A DNA stretch of 64,000 nt, from NCBI RefSeq assembly GCF_004010195.1, contig NC_057749.1, forward strand, positions 10,650,409 through 10,714,408. Reading direction: 5' to 3'. The position numbers were made by a program, and so were the translations under genes. The notes beneath the pieces are model-generated. The model was not told where the DNA came from. It made no database searches and saw only the letters and a list, made by a program, of their open reading frames with translations. This document shows, in pieces, positions 12,392 to 25,508 of the stretch. How positions within the stretch are numbered: the first letter of the stretch is position 1; each line of letters starts with the position of its first letter. Source of the DNA: Chiloscyllium plagiosum (taxonomy: Eukaryota).

Positions 12392-14082
12392 AGGCTGGTA
12401 AAATCTATTCCATCATCTCTATAGCCACCCTATCAAACCCTGGCTTCATAGAACTCCATTAGTCAGCCATCTCTTCTTCAAGAGAAAGGAGCTCCAAATG
12501 CCAAAGTTAAAGAGTCCCTCCCTTCATAACCAATGACAGCATTGATAAAGTGATGGATATTGAACGTGCTGATGCCTTTAGTCAACACCCACTTTATGCA
12601 GAGTAACTAATTAGATGTTCTAGCGGCGTACTGATATCTTCGGCATCTGTGACAGAAATATCATGTTTTGTGAGGCAAAACATTTTATTTTTTTATTAAA
12701 CACTTACTTGCAATTATTTGTGAAAATGGTTGCTACAAAAGAGCAGTCAGATGGGATGAAGATGATTAGTGGGATGTTGATGGCATCTCAACAATCAGGA
12801 CTCTGGAACAGCTCCCATTTTGACTGTACAGCAGCACAATTATGTTTGAGACAAAGCGTTTAAGTGGCGTCAACATCCACTGAAGCATACTGTTCATCAA
12901 AATGCATTTTTCTTTCTGCCCTCAGCAGTTCAGGCACCTTTCAATTATTTTGCTTTCATTTACTGATGTGTTCTGCAGTAGAGCACAAGGGGCGTGATGC
13001 ACCTGAGGCTGTTTTATCCCCCTTGTTTTTTTTTTGCATTGTAACTCAAATGACAAAAGATCAAGAGTTGGTAAGAGAAAGGAAAAAAAAATCTTAATAA
13101 CTGTAACTATTGCCTACAGGCAGCTATGTCAATAAAACAAAAAGATAAAAATAAAAAGGAACCTCTCACAGTCTCTTAGCAACAAAAAGAATTTGAAAAT
13201 CAGGCTGGCATTGATCGTTACGTGCTCAGCTTTCCTGGGTGTCTGCCTCAGTGTGGGTCGTACCGTCTACCCACCAGATCTAATTCACAAGTAGCAGTCC
13301 TCTCATTGCAAAGAATTTCACAAGAAGTGACAACTTGCATTTACATGGCACCTTTAAATGTAGTGTCACACCGCAAGGTTTCAGAGCATTATTGACTGAA
13401 ATTTGACACCGAAATAAAAAAGGAGATACTAAGGACAGTTCTGACAAAAAAAAAGCCAAGTTTTAAGGAGCATCTTAAAGGAGGAAACAGTGGATAGTGA
13501 AATCGAGGGACCGAGAGAGAGAATTCCTGAGCTTAGGATCTTGGCAGTCGAAGGCTTGGCCTTTAGTGGTGATGTGATGGAAATTAGGAATGTGCAAGAG
13601 GTTGGAATTAGACTAACACAGAGATTTTGGAACCTCATGGAGATGTAGGAGAGATAGGGAGGAGAGAATCTTGGAAAGATCTGAGCCTGATGTTATGAGA
13701 TGCACAGTGGGAGGTTTGAGATGGAACAGCAGAGTCTGAACTTAACAGATAAGATGTCAAACAGAAGCCACTAACAAATCTCTTCAATGAGAATCCTGTT
13801 TTCTCAGACATCTCAATTCTTGGCTTGCAAGAGGGCCCGCTCTCAGGAAGGCTGACAGCACAAGTCAAGACCAAGTGGTGAACCAGCACAAGCCCAAACT
13901 TGCAATCTCTGTTTCTGTCACTCTGCAAACTTCAAAATGGGTTTTCATGTGAGTGCACCTCATCACAACCAATGATGGAGGACAAACTGGAAAAAGAGAA
14001 AGAGGCACTAGCTACTTATGGAGAGAAAATGTTTACATATTCAGAGTAGATTGGAGCCATGGAACAGGAACTCATATCCAAA

Positions 14083-14359
14083 GGTGGCAAGTTGGCTCAG
14101 AGGTTAGCACTGCTGCCTCACAGCGCCAGGGACCTGGGTTTGATTCCACCCTTGGGCAACTATCTGTGTGGAGTTTGCACATTCTCCCTGTGTCTACACA
14201 GGTGCTCTAGTTTCCTCCCATTAGTCAAAAGGTGTGCAGGTTAGATAGATTGGCCATACTGTAGTATGCAGTCTAGGTGGAATAGCCATGGGAAATGCAG
14301 GGTCACAGAGATGGGGAGGATTGGTATAGATGGGCCTTCCCACTGTAGGGATTCTATGA
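14083..14359 (+). mobile_element. HE1 SINE
   Basis: Head and V-domain motifs as in other copies. Confidence 0.85.
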
Positions 14360-14714
14360 AGTCCCACAATCTAATTCTATCCCTTGCTCATTTATTTCCA
14401 CAAAACTGTAATTAATATAAATTACCACAAGGTGGCACACCACATGGACAGTTCACTTGCCAGTGACAGATGTCTCGAAGCTCAAGGTGCAAATGAATAA
14501 ACTGCAGTGGAGAGGTTACAGTGCCAACATAAACCGACAATACACTTGAGTGTCCTTTGTCCATCTGTTATTACTTTAATGCAGCAGTTTACCCGCGCAG
14601 ATACTTTTAATCAAACTGTTCAGAAATGCTGCACTGCACCTCTGAAATTGGGTAGGACTTGAACCCAGGCCCTCTGGCCCAGAGGTCAGTACGCTACCAT
14701 TGCACCACATGAGG

Positions 14715-15030
14715 CACGGTCAGAGGTATTTGCTTTCAAGTCGAATGTTAAATAAGGTCCTGTCTGCTTGCTCTGGTGGATTAACAGATCCGATGGCACC
14801 ATCTTGAAGAACACGGCCTCAGCATCCTGGCCAATATTTAGCCTGCAATCAACACCACAGACTGAGACATTACCTGGGTCATTATCACATCTCGGTCTGT
14901 GGGATCTTGCTGCGGGAACTGCCTGCCACATTTCCCACTTTACAACAGTGACTGCACTTCTAAGATACTTCATTGTCTGGAAAATGCCTTTGGGACATCA
15001 TGAAAGGCGTTATATAAATGCAAGTCCAAT
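14715..15030 (+). mobile_element. DeuSINE (SacSINE1/AmnSINE-like), old
   Basis: Deu-domain-like gttaaataaggtcctgtctgc...gatccgatggcac...tcctggccaatattt and tail aaaggcgttatataaatgcaagt; a related copy at ~18970-19380. Confidence 0.65.
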
Positions 15031-15584
15031 GCAGTTTTCTTTCAAAACAAAACTTCTTGATAACAGCAATAAAACATGACTGCTCAGTAAGTAATTCAGG
15101 AGCAGGAATATGACATCCTGACAGTGGGAAGCAATACTCCGACAGTGAGTACAGCTTCCTCATCAGATGCGGAGAACATAAAGGAAAAGAAAATTATAAC
15201 CAAACCCATGACTGAATCAGGAGTAATGCGGGATGTCATAGCTCCTGCATTTCCACCCAGCCTCCGCCTGGCAGCTTGAGCTAAAATCACTCTCAGAGTG
15301 TGACTGGACAGGGTAGGGGTAACAGGAGGCTGATGTGGTGCTTCAGTGCTTTAATGCATGGAGCAGACGAGTGGAATGGTCTGCGTCTATGCTGTAAATT
15401 CCCTGCAGCTCAATAAAGAGCGTGACCTGAGCTGTAGGATGGAAGCTTGTGCTGTACTGTATTAACTTGCTGGGTCAAAGGAAGTTCCTAAAGTGTAACC
15501 ATATAAACTTCAATAGCCTCCACAATTATATACACACGTATATATCTGCGTTAATGTTTACATAACTATACACATATATCTAGT

Positions 15585-16765
15585 TATAGAGACATAGAGC
15601 CATTCAGCAGGGAAACAGACCCCTCGGTCCGACTCATTCATGCCGACCAGCCATCCCAATCTCACCTAGTCCCCTTTGCCAGCATTTGGCCCATATTCCT
15701 CTAAATCCTTCCTATTCATATACCTATCCAGATGCCCTTTAAATGTTGTAATTGTACCAGCCTCCACCACTTCCTCTGGCAGCTCATTCCATACACGCAT
15801 CATCCTCTGCGTGAAAAGGTTACTCCTCAGGTCCTTTTTAAATCTTTCCCCTCTCACCTTAAATCTCTTGCCCTCTAGTTTTGGTTTCCCCCACCGTAGG
15901 AGAATGACCCGGGCTATTCACCCTATACATTCCCCTTGTGATTTTATAAACCTCCCTAAGGTCACCCCTCAGCCTCCACTTCTCCAGGGAAAACAGTCCC
16001 AGCTTATTCAGCCTCTCACTATAACTCAAACCCTCCAGTCCCAGCAACATTCTTATAAATCTTTTCTGTACCCTCACAAGTTTAACATCATCTTTCTTAT
16101 AGAAGGGTGACCAGAATTATACGCAATATTCCAAAGGTGGCCTAACAATGTCCTGTACAGCTGCAACATGACCTCCTAACTCCTATACTCAATATTCTGA
16201 GCAAGGAAGGCAAGCATCCCAAATACTTTCTTCATTATACTGATCCTAGGAACTATGCACCTGCACCCCTAGGTCTCTTTGTTCAGCAACACTCCCCAGG
16301 ACCTTACCATTAACGGTATAAGTCCCTGCCCTGGTTTGCTTTAGCAAAATGCAGCACCTCACACTTATCTAAATTAAACTCCATCTGCCACTCCTCGGCC
16401 CATGGGCCCATCTGATCAAGGTCCCTTTGTACTCTGAAATAATCTTCTTTGCTGTCCACTACAACACCTGTTTTAGTGTCATCTGTAAACTTACTAGCCA
16501 TACCACCTATATTCACATCCAAATCATTTATATAATGGATGAAAAGCATTGGACGCAGCACCAATCATTGTGGAACACTGCTGGTCAAAGGCCTCCAGTC
16601 TGAAAAGCAACCACCTTCTATCACCACCCTCTGTCTCCAACCTTCAAGCTAATTTTGTATCCAATTGGCTAGCTTCCCCTGGATCCCGTGTAATCTAACC
16701 TTACTAACCAGTCTACCATGCAGGACCTTGTCAAACGCCTTTTCAGACTTCCATGTAGACAATGT
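15585..16765 (-). mobile_element. CR1/HER1-type LINE 3' ~1.2 kb (ORF2 RT C-terminus, decayed)
   Basis: YINDLD...KFTDDTK...WQMEFNLDKCEVLHF...RLRGDL...WNELPEEVVEA in broken frames. Confidence 0.9.
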
Positions 16766-16994
16766 CTACCTCTCTGTGTCTCTCGGTATTTCTTCTTGGA
16801 TGAAGATTTTAGGAAGATCTTGCTCATCAGGCCTACCCAGAACTGAGATTCTCCCACAGAGGGTGCACACACATATTTATAAGCATTTACACGCATATAT
16901 GCGTCTACACCTCTATAAACAATATCTATATATATATCAATATGCATACACACATTTATGCATACAGATGAATACATATATGTATGCTAGCAAG

Positions 16995-17066
16995 GTGATG
17001 GTGGTATAGTGGTGAGCATAGCTGCTTTCCAGGCAGTTCACCTGAGTACAATTCCTGGCCATCTCA
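16995..17066 (+). pseudogene. tRNA-Gly(TCC) pseudogene
   Basis: 72-nt colinear match to vertebrate tRNA-Gly-TCC (TGGTATAGTGGTGAGCATAGCTGC.TTCCA.GCAGTT); T-loop/B-box degraded to agtacaattcc. Confidence 0.8.
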
Positions 17067-17093
17067 GTGTTGTGGTTTCTGAATCAATTTTTA

Positions 17094-17422
17094 GGGTGGC
17101 ATAGTGGCTCAGTGGTGAGCGCCAGAGATCCGGGTTCGAATCCAGCCTCGGGTGACTGTCTGTGTGGAGTTTGCACATTCTTTCTGCGTGGGTTTCCTCT
17201 GGGTGCTCCGGCTTTCTCCCACAGTCCAAAGATGGGCAGGTTAGGTGGATTGGCCATGCTAAATTGCCCATAGTGTTCAGGGATGTGTAGGTTAGATGCA
17301 TTGGTCAGGGGTAAATATAGGATAATAGGAATGGGTCCGGTTGAGTTAGTCTTTGGAGGGTCGGTGTGGACTTGTTGGGCTGAAGGGCCTGTTTCACACT
17401 TGTAGGAGTTCTATGGTTCTAA
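17094..17422 (+). mobile_element. HE1 SINE
   Basis: Head, V-domain, tail; tail plus flank duplicated in tandem. Confidence 0.85.
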
Positions 17423-17629
17423 TTTAAGTGTGTGTGTGTGTGCGTGTGTGTATACAGAGCAGGTTTATGGGAAACTAATTATCTTTGGAGGGTCGGTGTG
17501 GACTTGTTGGGCTGAAGGGCCTGTTTCACACTTGTAGGAGTTCTATGGTTCTAATTTAAGTGTGTGTGTGCGTGTGTGTATACAGAGCAGGTTTATGGGA
17601 AACTAGTGAGGTGCAAGAATCAGCAAAAA

Positions 17630-17972
17630 GGTGGCACAGTAGGTCAGTGGTTAGCACTGCAGCCTCACAGCGCCAGGGACCTGGATTCGATTCTACCCTC
17701 AGGTGACTGTCTGCGTGGAGTTTGCACATTCTCAGCTGTCTCTGTGTGGATTTCCTCTGATTGCTCCGGTTTCCTCCCACAGTCCAAAGATGGGTAGGTT
17801 AGGTGGATTGGCTGTGCAAAGCTGACCATAGTGTCCAGGGATGTGTAGGTTAGGTGGGTTAGCCATGGGAAATGCCAGGTGAGGGGAATGGGTCTGGGTG
17901 GGATACTCTTTGAAAGGTCAGTGTGGACTTGATGGGCCAAATGGTCTGCTTCCATACTGTTGGGATTCTATG
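17630..17972 (+). mobile_element. HE1 SINE
   Basis: Full-length copy. Confidence 0.85.
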
Positions 17973-18468
17973 AACAGGGGCGGTGGATTCACTAGATTCC
18001 TTAGATTCTTGAACGGTTCCAACAAACTGAAAAATGGCAAATATAATACCCCTTTTCAAGTAAGGAGGTAGATCAGATGTCGCTGAAGTTTTTCATCTTG
18101 CACTCAACAGGAAAAAATGCGAGAATGCCAAATTTCAAGTAATTACAATAATTTATACGACAAGAGTAAATAATTTATTTAGTTGGCAAGTCAACTCTGG
18201 TCAGTTGAGGCAGTGCCATATTGAAAGCAATGAGGCTCCCCACGCTCCAAAAAAAGGCTCAAAGAATTGACATATTTCTTTTGTTTGCAGAGTACAGGTC
18301 CCTTTGCATGTCACTTCTAGCAAGGGTAAGTGAGTCAGGTTCCAAGCTGAGCTAACTGTTGTAAATTTGTTGTTATATATTCTTTTACCTGTTACACTCT
18401 CTGAGAGGGTGACGTCACTCACTCAAATTCTCATCTGTGTTGAAACAATTTAACTATTTCTGACGTAC

Positions 18469-18684
18469 CTTTTCGCAATGTGTTGCTGGTAATGCTGCAG
18501 TTCCCTCCTGGGTTGGTAATAAGGTCCACTTTTCCATGTTTGCTCGGTGTGGTCCGGAAGATGTTTCCAGGTTGACTGCAGGAAATGCCGCATTAGTGGC
18601 TTGTTGTTGGAGACTGGCCCATGATTTTACATCCAGACTCGGCAAATGATGGGCATCCGTGGCAGTAAGAACTGAATCCGGCCT
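18469..18684 (-). CDS. ccdc33: CCDC33-like coding exon (216 bp, phase 0/0): RPDSVLTATDAHHLPSLDVKSW...THCEK
   Basis: tttcag| acceptor and |gtacgt donor; start resembles recalled human CCDC33 [20 protein letters not shown]; in phase with the 40174 exon. Confidence 0.8.
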
Positions 18685-18735
18685 CTGAAATATATATATT
18701 AAAAAAAGGGGTTCTGAATGCATTCAGGGAGTCAT

Positions 18736-18927
18736 GATTTGAAGATGCTGGTGTTGGACTGGGGTGTACAAAGTTAAAAATCACACAACACCAGGTTATA
18801 GTCCAACAGGTTTAATTGGAAGCACTAGCTTTCGGAGCGCCGCTCCTTCTGAAGGAGCAGTGCCCCGAAAGCTAGTGCTTCCAATTAAACCTGTTGGACT
18901 ATAACCTGGAGTTGTGTGATTTTTAAC
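18736..18927. mobile_element. short palindromic PLE-type insertion (family P2)
   Basis: Centre 18850; TSD ttcagggagt(c/t)at at 18723-18735 and 18928-18940; hammerhead 3' halves on both arms. Confidence 0.85.
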
Positions 18928-20521
18928 TTCAGGGAGTTATTTTGACTGATGATCGTGAGGTATTTTGATGTAATGGGATACATTCTCGCCTCTAAACATC
19001 AAGGAGACAAATCCCATTCCAGAGGCATGACCACAAAGTCCAAGTCCCAGTGCAGGGCTGCACTGTTGGTGCCACCATCTGTAAAATGAGATATTTAAAC
19101 CACGACCCTATCTGCTCTCTCAGGGGGGACATTAAAAGGTCCCAAAGCATGACTTAAGAGATCAGCAAGAAAGCTCTCCCTCATATCCTGGCTATCACTT
19201 ACCCTGCCCTGCTCACCGAACCCCCACAAACAATCATGTCTCCTGAGCATCTATCTCAATGCAGAATCCTGTTGTGACCAAATTGGCTAGAATCGTACAA
19301 CAGTGGCTGTGTGTCACAGTTAATGTATTAGTTCTTTGCCCAGTCCTGAGATAATGAAAGCCACTATGTAAATGCAAAATTGGTCATAATTGCCAATAAC
19401 AGGTAACAAATTTACCCCTGCTCTTCCTTCCTGCTGACTCAGGTTTGGTTACAGAGTACTTCCTCTGTTGGGGCCCTGGCACCAGAGGGGGTATTGTAGA
19501 TAAAAACTCTGATATATTTCCCATGGACATGTCAAAGAATACTTGAAGAGCTGGCTTCACCATCAAGCTAAGCTTGAGATTTCTTGTCCAAGTCAAAAAT
19601 TGAGTTTTCCTATTGCTGTTTTAAATACCTAATGTAGAGTGGGTTAGCGTGAAGCACAGGCACAGTTGTGACGTAAGCAAAAATGGCAATTTACGCACAG
19701 CAAGCTCCCGCACATAATTCTCCAAGCAGCCGTTTAGCGCACAAAGTCAATCTTCAAGAGCTTTCTCTCATGACTGAGAGACTAATGAGATTTCAGTCTC
19801 AATACAGTTTGTAGCAATCTCCTGGCTTATCTAACTGCAGTTTGTTTTCTAATCAAGTGATAACAGTTTAAATTTCCCCTCCACTCACTGTAAGCCAGGG
19901 AGAGTGGATTGTCTGCAGGTAATAGGTGCCACTTTAATTACTAATTCCAAGTATTTCAACCTGCCTTCACTGAGCAGTGTCTCTACACATCTTAGAAAGA
20001 ACAGAAGCAATTTACTTTCCTACCCCCCACCAACCTTTGCATCTACCTACAACAGATCCACTTACTGAACGCAATGACAGGACAAGCAATCCAAAGACAA
20101 GGTCTGAAAGGATCTGCTTTTTGAACCTGCATCATTGCTCAAAAAGAGGTTTGTGGGAAATGATTGATTTCTGCGACTCAAGTAACATTCCTTCTTCATG
20201 CCCTTTCGAACGAAGACACAGACTAACTTACTCGGCATGTTAATGAAATTTACTCCCCTCATTTCCTGCCAGACATAGTTTCATTCCTCTAGACAATCCC
20301 TAATCAAATTGCTTCAAGTATACTGTGCGAGGGCCTAGCATTCGAAAGGGATGGCTGAGGAAAAGCGTTTTGAAACAGGACTCCTCTGTAAATGTGTCTA
20401 AAAACCCTTCCTACAACATATTCTCATTAAATGATTCACGATGAGAACAGGACTTGCATTTGTATAGCACCTCAGGCATTCATGAGGTCTTCACAGTCAG
20501 TGACCAAAATTTGTAACATAA

Positions 20522-20788
20522 TTCATAGAATCCCTTCAGTGTGGAAGCAGGCCATCCAGACCATCAAGTCCACTTTGACCCTCCAAACAGTATCTCACTC
20601 AGACACACTACCCAGCCCACACCCTATTCCTGTAACCCTGCATTCCCCACAGCCAGTCCACCTAACCTGCACATCTGTGGGAGGAAACCCACACAGACAC
20701 AGGGAGAATGTACAAACTCCACACAGGCAGTTGCCCGAGGGTGGAATTGAACCCAGGTCCCTGGCACCATGAGCCAACCATGCCACCC
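20522..20788 (-). mobile_element. HE1 SINE
   Basis: Reverse-complement HE1 motifs. Confidence 0.8.
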
Positions 20789-21246
20789 ACTGTATTAATT
20801 GTTAACATAATGATAAAATGTCCTGCTAAGAAAAAGCATCAGCAAACAGAGGGCATTGTTTGAGAAAGTATCTTGAGCACAAATAAAGGGGGACTGATTG
20901 CTGCTGGGCACTGAAGAGAAGATCTAGTCAGTGGCCTGTGAAAAGTGGTATTATACCTGAATGTTTACCTCCCTTTGTTAGTTATGTTCACACCTGGATG
21001 TCCATGGACAAGGAGCAATGTTTAAAGTGAGCGAGGAAAGATACAAAAAAGGCCCAGAGGGGCAATTTCTTCACACAGAAGGTATAAGTGCCTGGACTTC
21101 CAAGGATAGTGGTGGAGGTAAATACAATTTCATCACTTAAGAAACATTTGGACAGGTATGTGGATGGGATATGCATGGAGGGAATGGAGGGATATGGATC
21201 AAACACAGGCAAATGGGGCTAAATTTAATTGTGGCTAAATTTAATT

Positions 21247-21583
21247 GTGGCAGCACAGTGACTCAGTGGTTAGCTTTGCTACTTCACAGTGCCAGGGCCC
21301 TGGGTTCGATTGCACCCTCAGGTGACTGTCTGTGGGCAGATTGCATGTTCTTTCCTGCGTTTGCATAGGTTTCTGTTGGATGCTCTGGTTACCTCCCACA
21401 GTCCAAAGATGTGCAGCTTAGGTGGACTGGCCATGGGAAATTCCCCTTGGAGCCAGGAATGTGTAGGTCTGGTGCATTAGCCACGGGAAATGTAGGGGGC
21501 TGGGCCTGGGTGGAATGATCTTCAGAAGGTTGGCATAGACTTGTTGGGCCAAATGGCCTGTTTCCACACTGTTAGGATTCTAT
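21247..21583 (+). mobile_element. HE1 SINE
   Basis: Full-length diverged copy, adjacent to a CR1 3' fragment (~20990-21220). Confidence 0.8.
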
Positions 21584-22879
21584 AAAAACTGGGCAGAATG
21601 GGCAAGCTGGGGAAAACCTTTTTCCATGTTGTAAACCTCAATGATTCTATAAGCTGTGGTGGGATTTGAACTCATGTCACGAAAGCATGTGTGCAGGCCT
21701 CTAGGTTACTTGTCCAGTAACACATGCTATTGTCCTTTTTCCTGTGTGATATTTTCAGAAATGTGCAATTTCTTAAGAATTGAGGATGATGGATACAGAC
21801 ATTTGTCGCCTGTTTTGCTAGCGAGTGCTGATGACATCAGCTTAAAGCTGTTACTCAGCCTGAAGTAAATAACTTAAAGACATATTCACAGACACAAGGA
21901 TGAGTCAATGGTCTTGCTCTGAATTAATTAAGTTTCTCAGCACTGACTAGATCAGTGACCTGGAATTTCAGTGGCATTATCAACATTTACTGTCCTGTTC
22001 AAGCAAACATTTTTAAATCAGGCAACATGACCAGAATTAAATAGAAAAAATTGCTTTTGATCAGTGTTGAATCTACCTATCAGGTATTTAAAAGGCAAGT
22101 TGATCTCAAAGGCTGTAACATTAGACAGTATCCCATTTAGGCTTTCACAACAAGATGCTCACCAAGTGACCATGTTAATGGTATCCACAAACATGTATTT
22201 TTTTTAAGTGATCAGTTACCATCGCTGTGACTTCTGCTGCAAGAATTGACAGATTGGTTCAGATATGATTCTCACTCCAGAAGGTTTTAGATTCAAGCTC
22301 CTCTCCTGGGAGATGGAGGGGGAGGGTAATGAATTTCCCTGGTATATATCTCCCCTCTGAACCTCTGTAATGCAAGCAGCTGGTGTGTGAAAGCAGGTGC
22401 TGTACAGCAGGTGAAAACTCTCAGGAAATACCCCAATTGCTCGAGACGCCAGTACAGTATAGACTGTGAAACACTGTGAGGATGCTACGTTAGAGTGCAG
22501 TAGGGAGGATGCAGTACTGATGGAATACTGTATTGAGGATGCTATTATGAGTGCATGCAGCATTGACAGTGCATATCTTAGAATGGATATATTGAGGATG
22601 CTGTACCGATTATTGAAGCACAGACAGACTGCCATACTAATGACGCTGAATTGAGATCAGTCTATTGGTATTGCACAACTAAGAGTGTGGTACTTAGAGC
22701 ATGTAGTAATGGGAGGCTAGTTCCGAGAGACAGTTGTAATAAAATGCAAGACAATGAAACACATGTTATAGCAAAACGACCTGTACTGAGAGACTGGGAG
22801 TACTTTGGGTACTGAGAGAGTGCTGTATTCAAGTTGCAATCACGAGGCAGTGATGAATTAAGAATGCTGTGCTGAGGTA

Positions 22880-24280
22880 GTATAGCACTGAGGGAGGGTT
22901 GTATTGAGAGTGAAGTGCTGAGGGAGTGCTGTGGGAGGGCTGTAAAGTGAGTGAGATGCTGATGGAGTTCTGTATTGTGCGTGAGGTGCTGAGTGAGTGC
23001 TATATTGTCAATGAGATGCTGAAGGACTGCTGTATTATGAGTGAGGTACTAAGGAAGTACTGTAATGTGAGTGAGGTGCTGAGGGACTGCTGTATTGTGA
23101 GTGAGGTACTAAGGAAGTGCGGTAATGTGAGTGAGGTGCTGAGGGAGTGCTGAGGAACTGCTGTATTGTGAGTGAGGTACTGAGGGAGTGCTGTGGGAGT
23201 GCTGTATTGTGAATGAGGTGCTGAGGGAGTGCTGTATTGTGAATGAGGTGCTGAGGAAGTGCTGTAAAGTGAGTGAGGTGCTGAGGGAGTGCTGAGGGAG
23301 TGTTCTACTGAGAGTGAGGTATTGAGGGAGTGTTCTATTGAGAGTGAGGTGCTGAGGGAGTGCTGTATTGTGAGTGAGGTGCTGAGGGAGTGCTATATTG
23401 AGAGTGAGGTACTGAGGAAATGTGTTGTGAGTGAGTACTGAGGGTCTGCTGTATTGTGAATGAGGTGCTGAGGGAGTGCTGTATTGTGAATGAGGTGCTG
23501 AGGAAGTGCTGTAAAGTGAGTGAGGTGCTGAGGGAGTGCTGAGGGAGTGTTCTACTGAGAGTGAGGTATTGAGGGAGTGTTCTATTGAGAGTGAGGTGCT
23601 GAGGGAGTGCTGNNNNNNNNNNNNNNNNNNNNNNNNNNNNNNNNNNNNNNNNNNNNNNNNNNNNNNNNNNNNNNNNNNNNNNNNNNNNNNNNNNNNNNNN
23701 NNNNNNNNNNNNNNNNNNNNNNNNNNNNNNNNNNNNNNNNNNNNNNNNNNNNNNNNNNNNNNNNNNNNNNNNNNNNNNNNNNNNNNNNNNNNNNNNNNNN
23801 NNNNNNNNNNNNNGTGCTGAGGGAGTGCTGTATTGAGAGTGATGTGCTGAGGGAGTGCTGTATTGAGAGTGATGTGCTGAGGGAGTGCTGTATTGAGAGT
23901 GATGTGCTGAGGGAGTGCTGTATTGAGAGTGATGTGCTGAGGGAGTGCTGTATTGAGAGTGATGTGCTGAGGGAGTGCTGTATTGAGAGTGATGTGCTGA
24001 GGGAGTGCTGTATTGAGAGTGATGTGCTGAGGGAGTGCTGTATTGAGAGTGATGTGCTGAGGGAGTGCTGTATTGAGAGTGATGTGCTGAGGGAGTGCTG
24101 TATTGAGAGTGATGTGCTGAGGGAGTGCTGTATTGAGAGTGATGTGCTGAGGGAGTGCTGTATTGAGAGTGATGTGCTGAGGGAGTGCTGTATTGAGAGT
24201 GAGTTGCTGAGGGAGTGCTGTATTGAGAGTGAGGTGCTGAGGGAGTGCTGCATTGTGAGTGAGGTGCTGAGGGAGTGTTG
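22880..24280. repeat. 30-bp minisatellite GTGCTGAGGGAGTGCTGTATTGAGAGTGAT with assembly gap 23613-23813
   Basis: Near-perfect 30-bp periodicity 23814-24250; degenerate units upstream. Confidence 0.95.
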
Positions 24281-25212
24281 CGATCACTGAACGAGTGAAC
24301 TTTGACAGCAATTTGCTTCAAAATGCTGAATTCCTCCTTTAACATTCCAAGCTCGGGAATAGGAAATGAGGAAAACCTTAGAATCATTCGCCCTATTTTC
24401 TCAGGCCACCTCTCTCCAGCCTGCTTTAAACTGCTGCTCTTTGCTACTTTTACCTTTCTACTTTGTTAAAACCAGTCGGAAGTTATCGTGCACGTCTTTA
24501 GGGCAATTCAAGCATATTTTTTTTTACATACACAATAACAAAAGAAATGCAGCAATTCCTATCCAACATCAGAGAGTTAGACCCGGGCGCTGTCAGATGG
24601 AACTGCAGCCTCGCCCGTGCATTAGCTTCAGATCATGTAAAATGCAACAGTTTATCAGCTTTCTTGCGGTTAGACGTGAGACGAATGCAGCTGCTGTCCA
24701 GGGTGCTGAACTATGTTCAGCTGCTTTCTCAGCCATCTCTCAACTCTCTGAACAACAGCCCCGCTCTCCCGCTTTTATTCAATTAGCTTTTGTCCAGGAC
24801 AGATCCTTTGGGAATGGGCTAGGGAGTGACAGGCAAATTCCGATCAACAAAGACATTAATTTTCCCTGTGCCTCGACGTATCTAACTCATTACTCGTAAA
24901 ACCAGGCGTGCTGTAATGAATGCCATCATACGCTAAGTTGCAACGTTAAAACATCGAAACAGAGGCATATTTCTCACGCGTAGCGAGACAACTCGGTCGA
25001 AGATGGAGGGTTTGAAAAGGGACAGAGAAAGAAAAGTGAGGGAGTTGAGACCGTTTTGACTACAGACTGTGTACTAAAATGGTGCAACAGCAGAAACCAC
25101 TCTTCGATGCGAACCAACATCTTTTGTGTGAAAACTAGTCCATTAAATACCATCAATTTACTGTTGAACTTCCCGATCTGCCATCTTTCAATAAATGATA
25201 TTTCTACTTATG

Positions 25213-25508
25213 AATCATACTGTCCCTACAGTGTAAAAGAAAGCATTGCAGCCCACACTGACCCTCTGAAGAGCATCCCACCCAGACCCAGCCCATAATC
25301 TTACATTTCCCTTCTATGGGCAATTTAGCATGGCCAATCCACCTAACCGGCAAATCTTTGGACTGTGGAGACCGGAGCACCCGGAGGAAACCCATGCTGA
25401 CATGGAAGAATGTGCTAACTCCACACAGACAGTCACCCAAGGCTGGAATCAAACCCAGGTCCCTCGTGCTGTGAGGCAGCAGTGCTAACCATTGAGCCAC
25501 CATGTCAT
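25213..25508 (-). mobile_element. HE1 SINE
   Basis: Reverse-complement HE1 motifs. Confidence 0.85.

Noticed and set aside
19384..19596. 70-aa minus-strand ORF near a ccdc33 exon
   Set aside because: No convincing acceptor and no recognisable similarity.
22220..22364. Possible extra minus-strand exon (EVQRGDIYQG...)
   Set aside because: Phases do not fit the 0/0 flanking exons, and the recalled human protein is continuous across that junction.
23109..24387. Long repetitive ORFs (400, 350, 227 aa) and CRISPR-like periodicity
   Set aside because: Translations of a 30-bp minisatellite across an N gap; no unique spacers and no cas genes.
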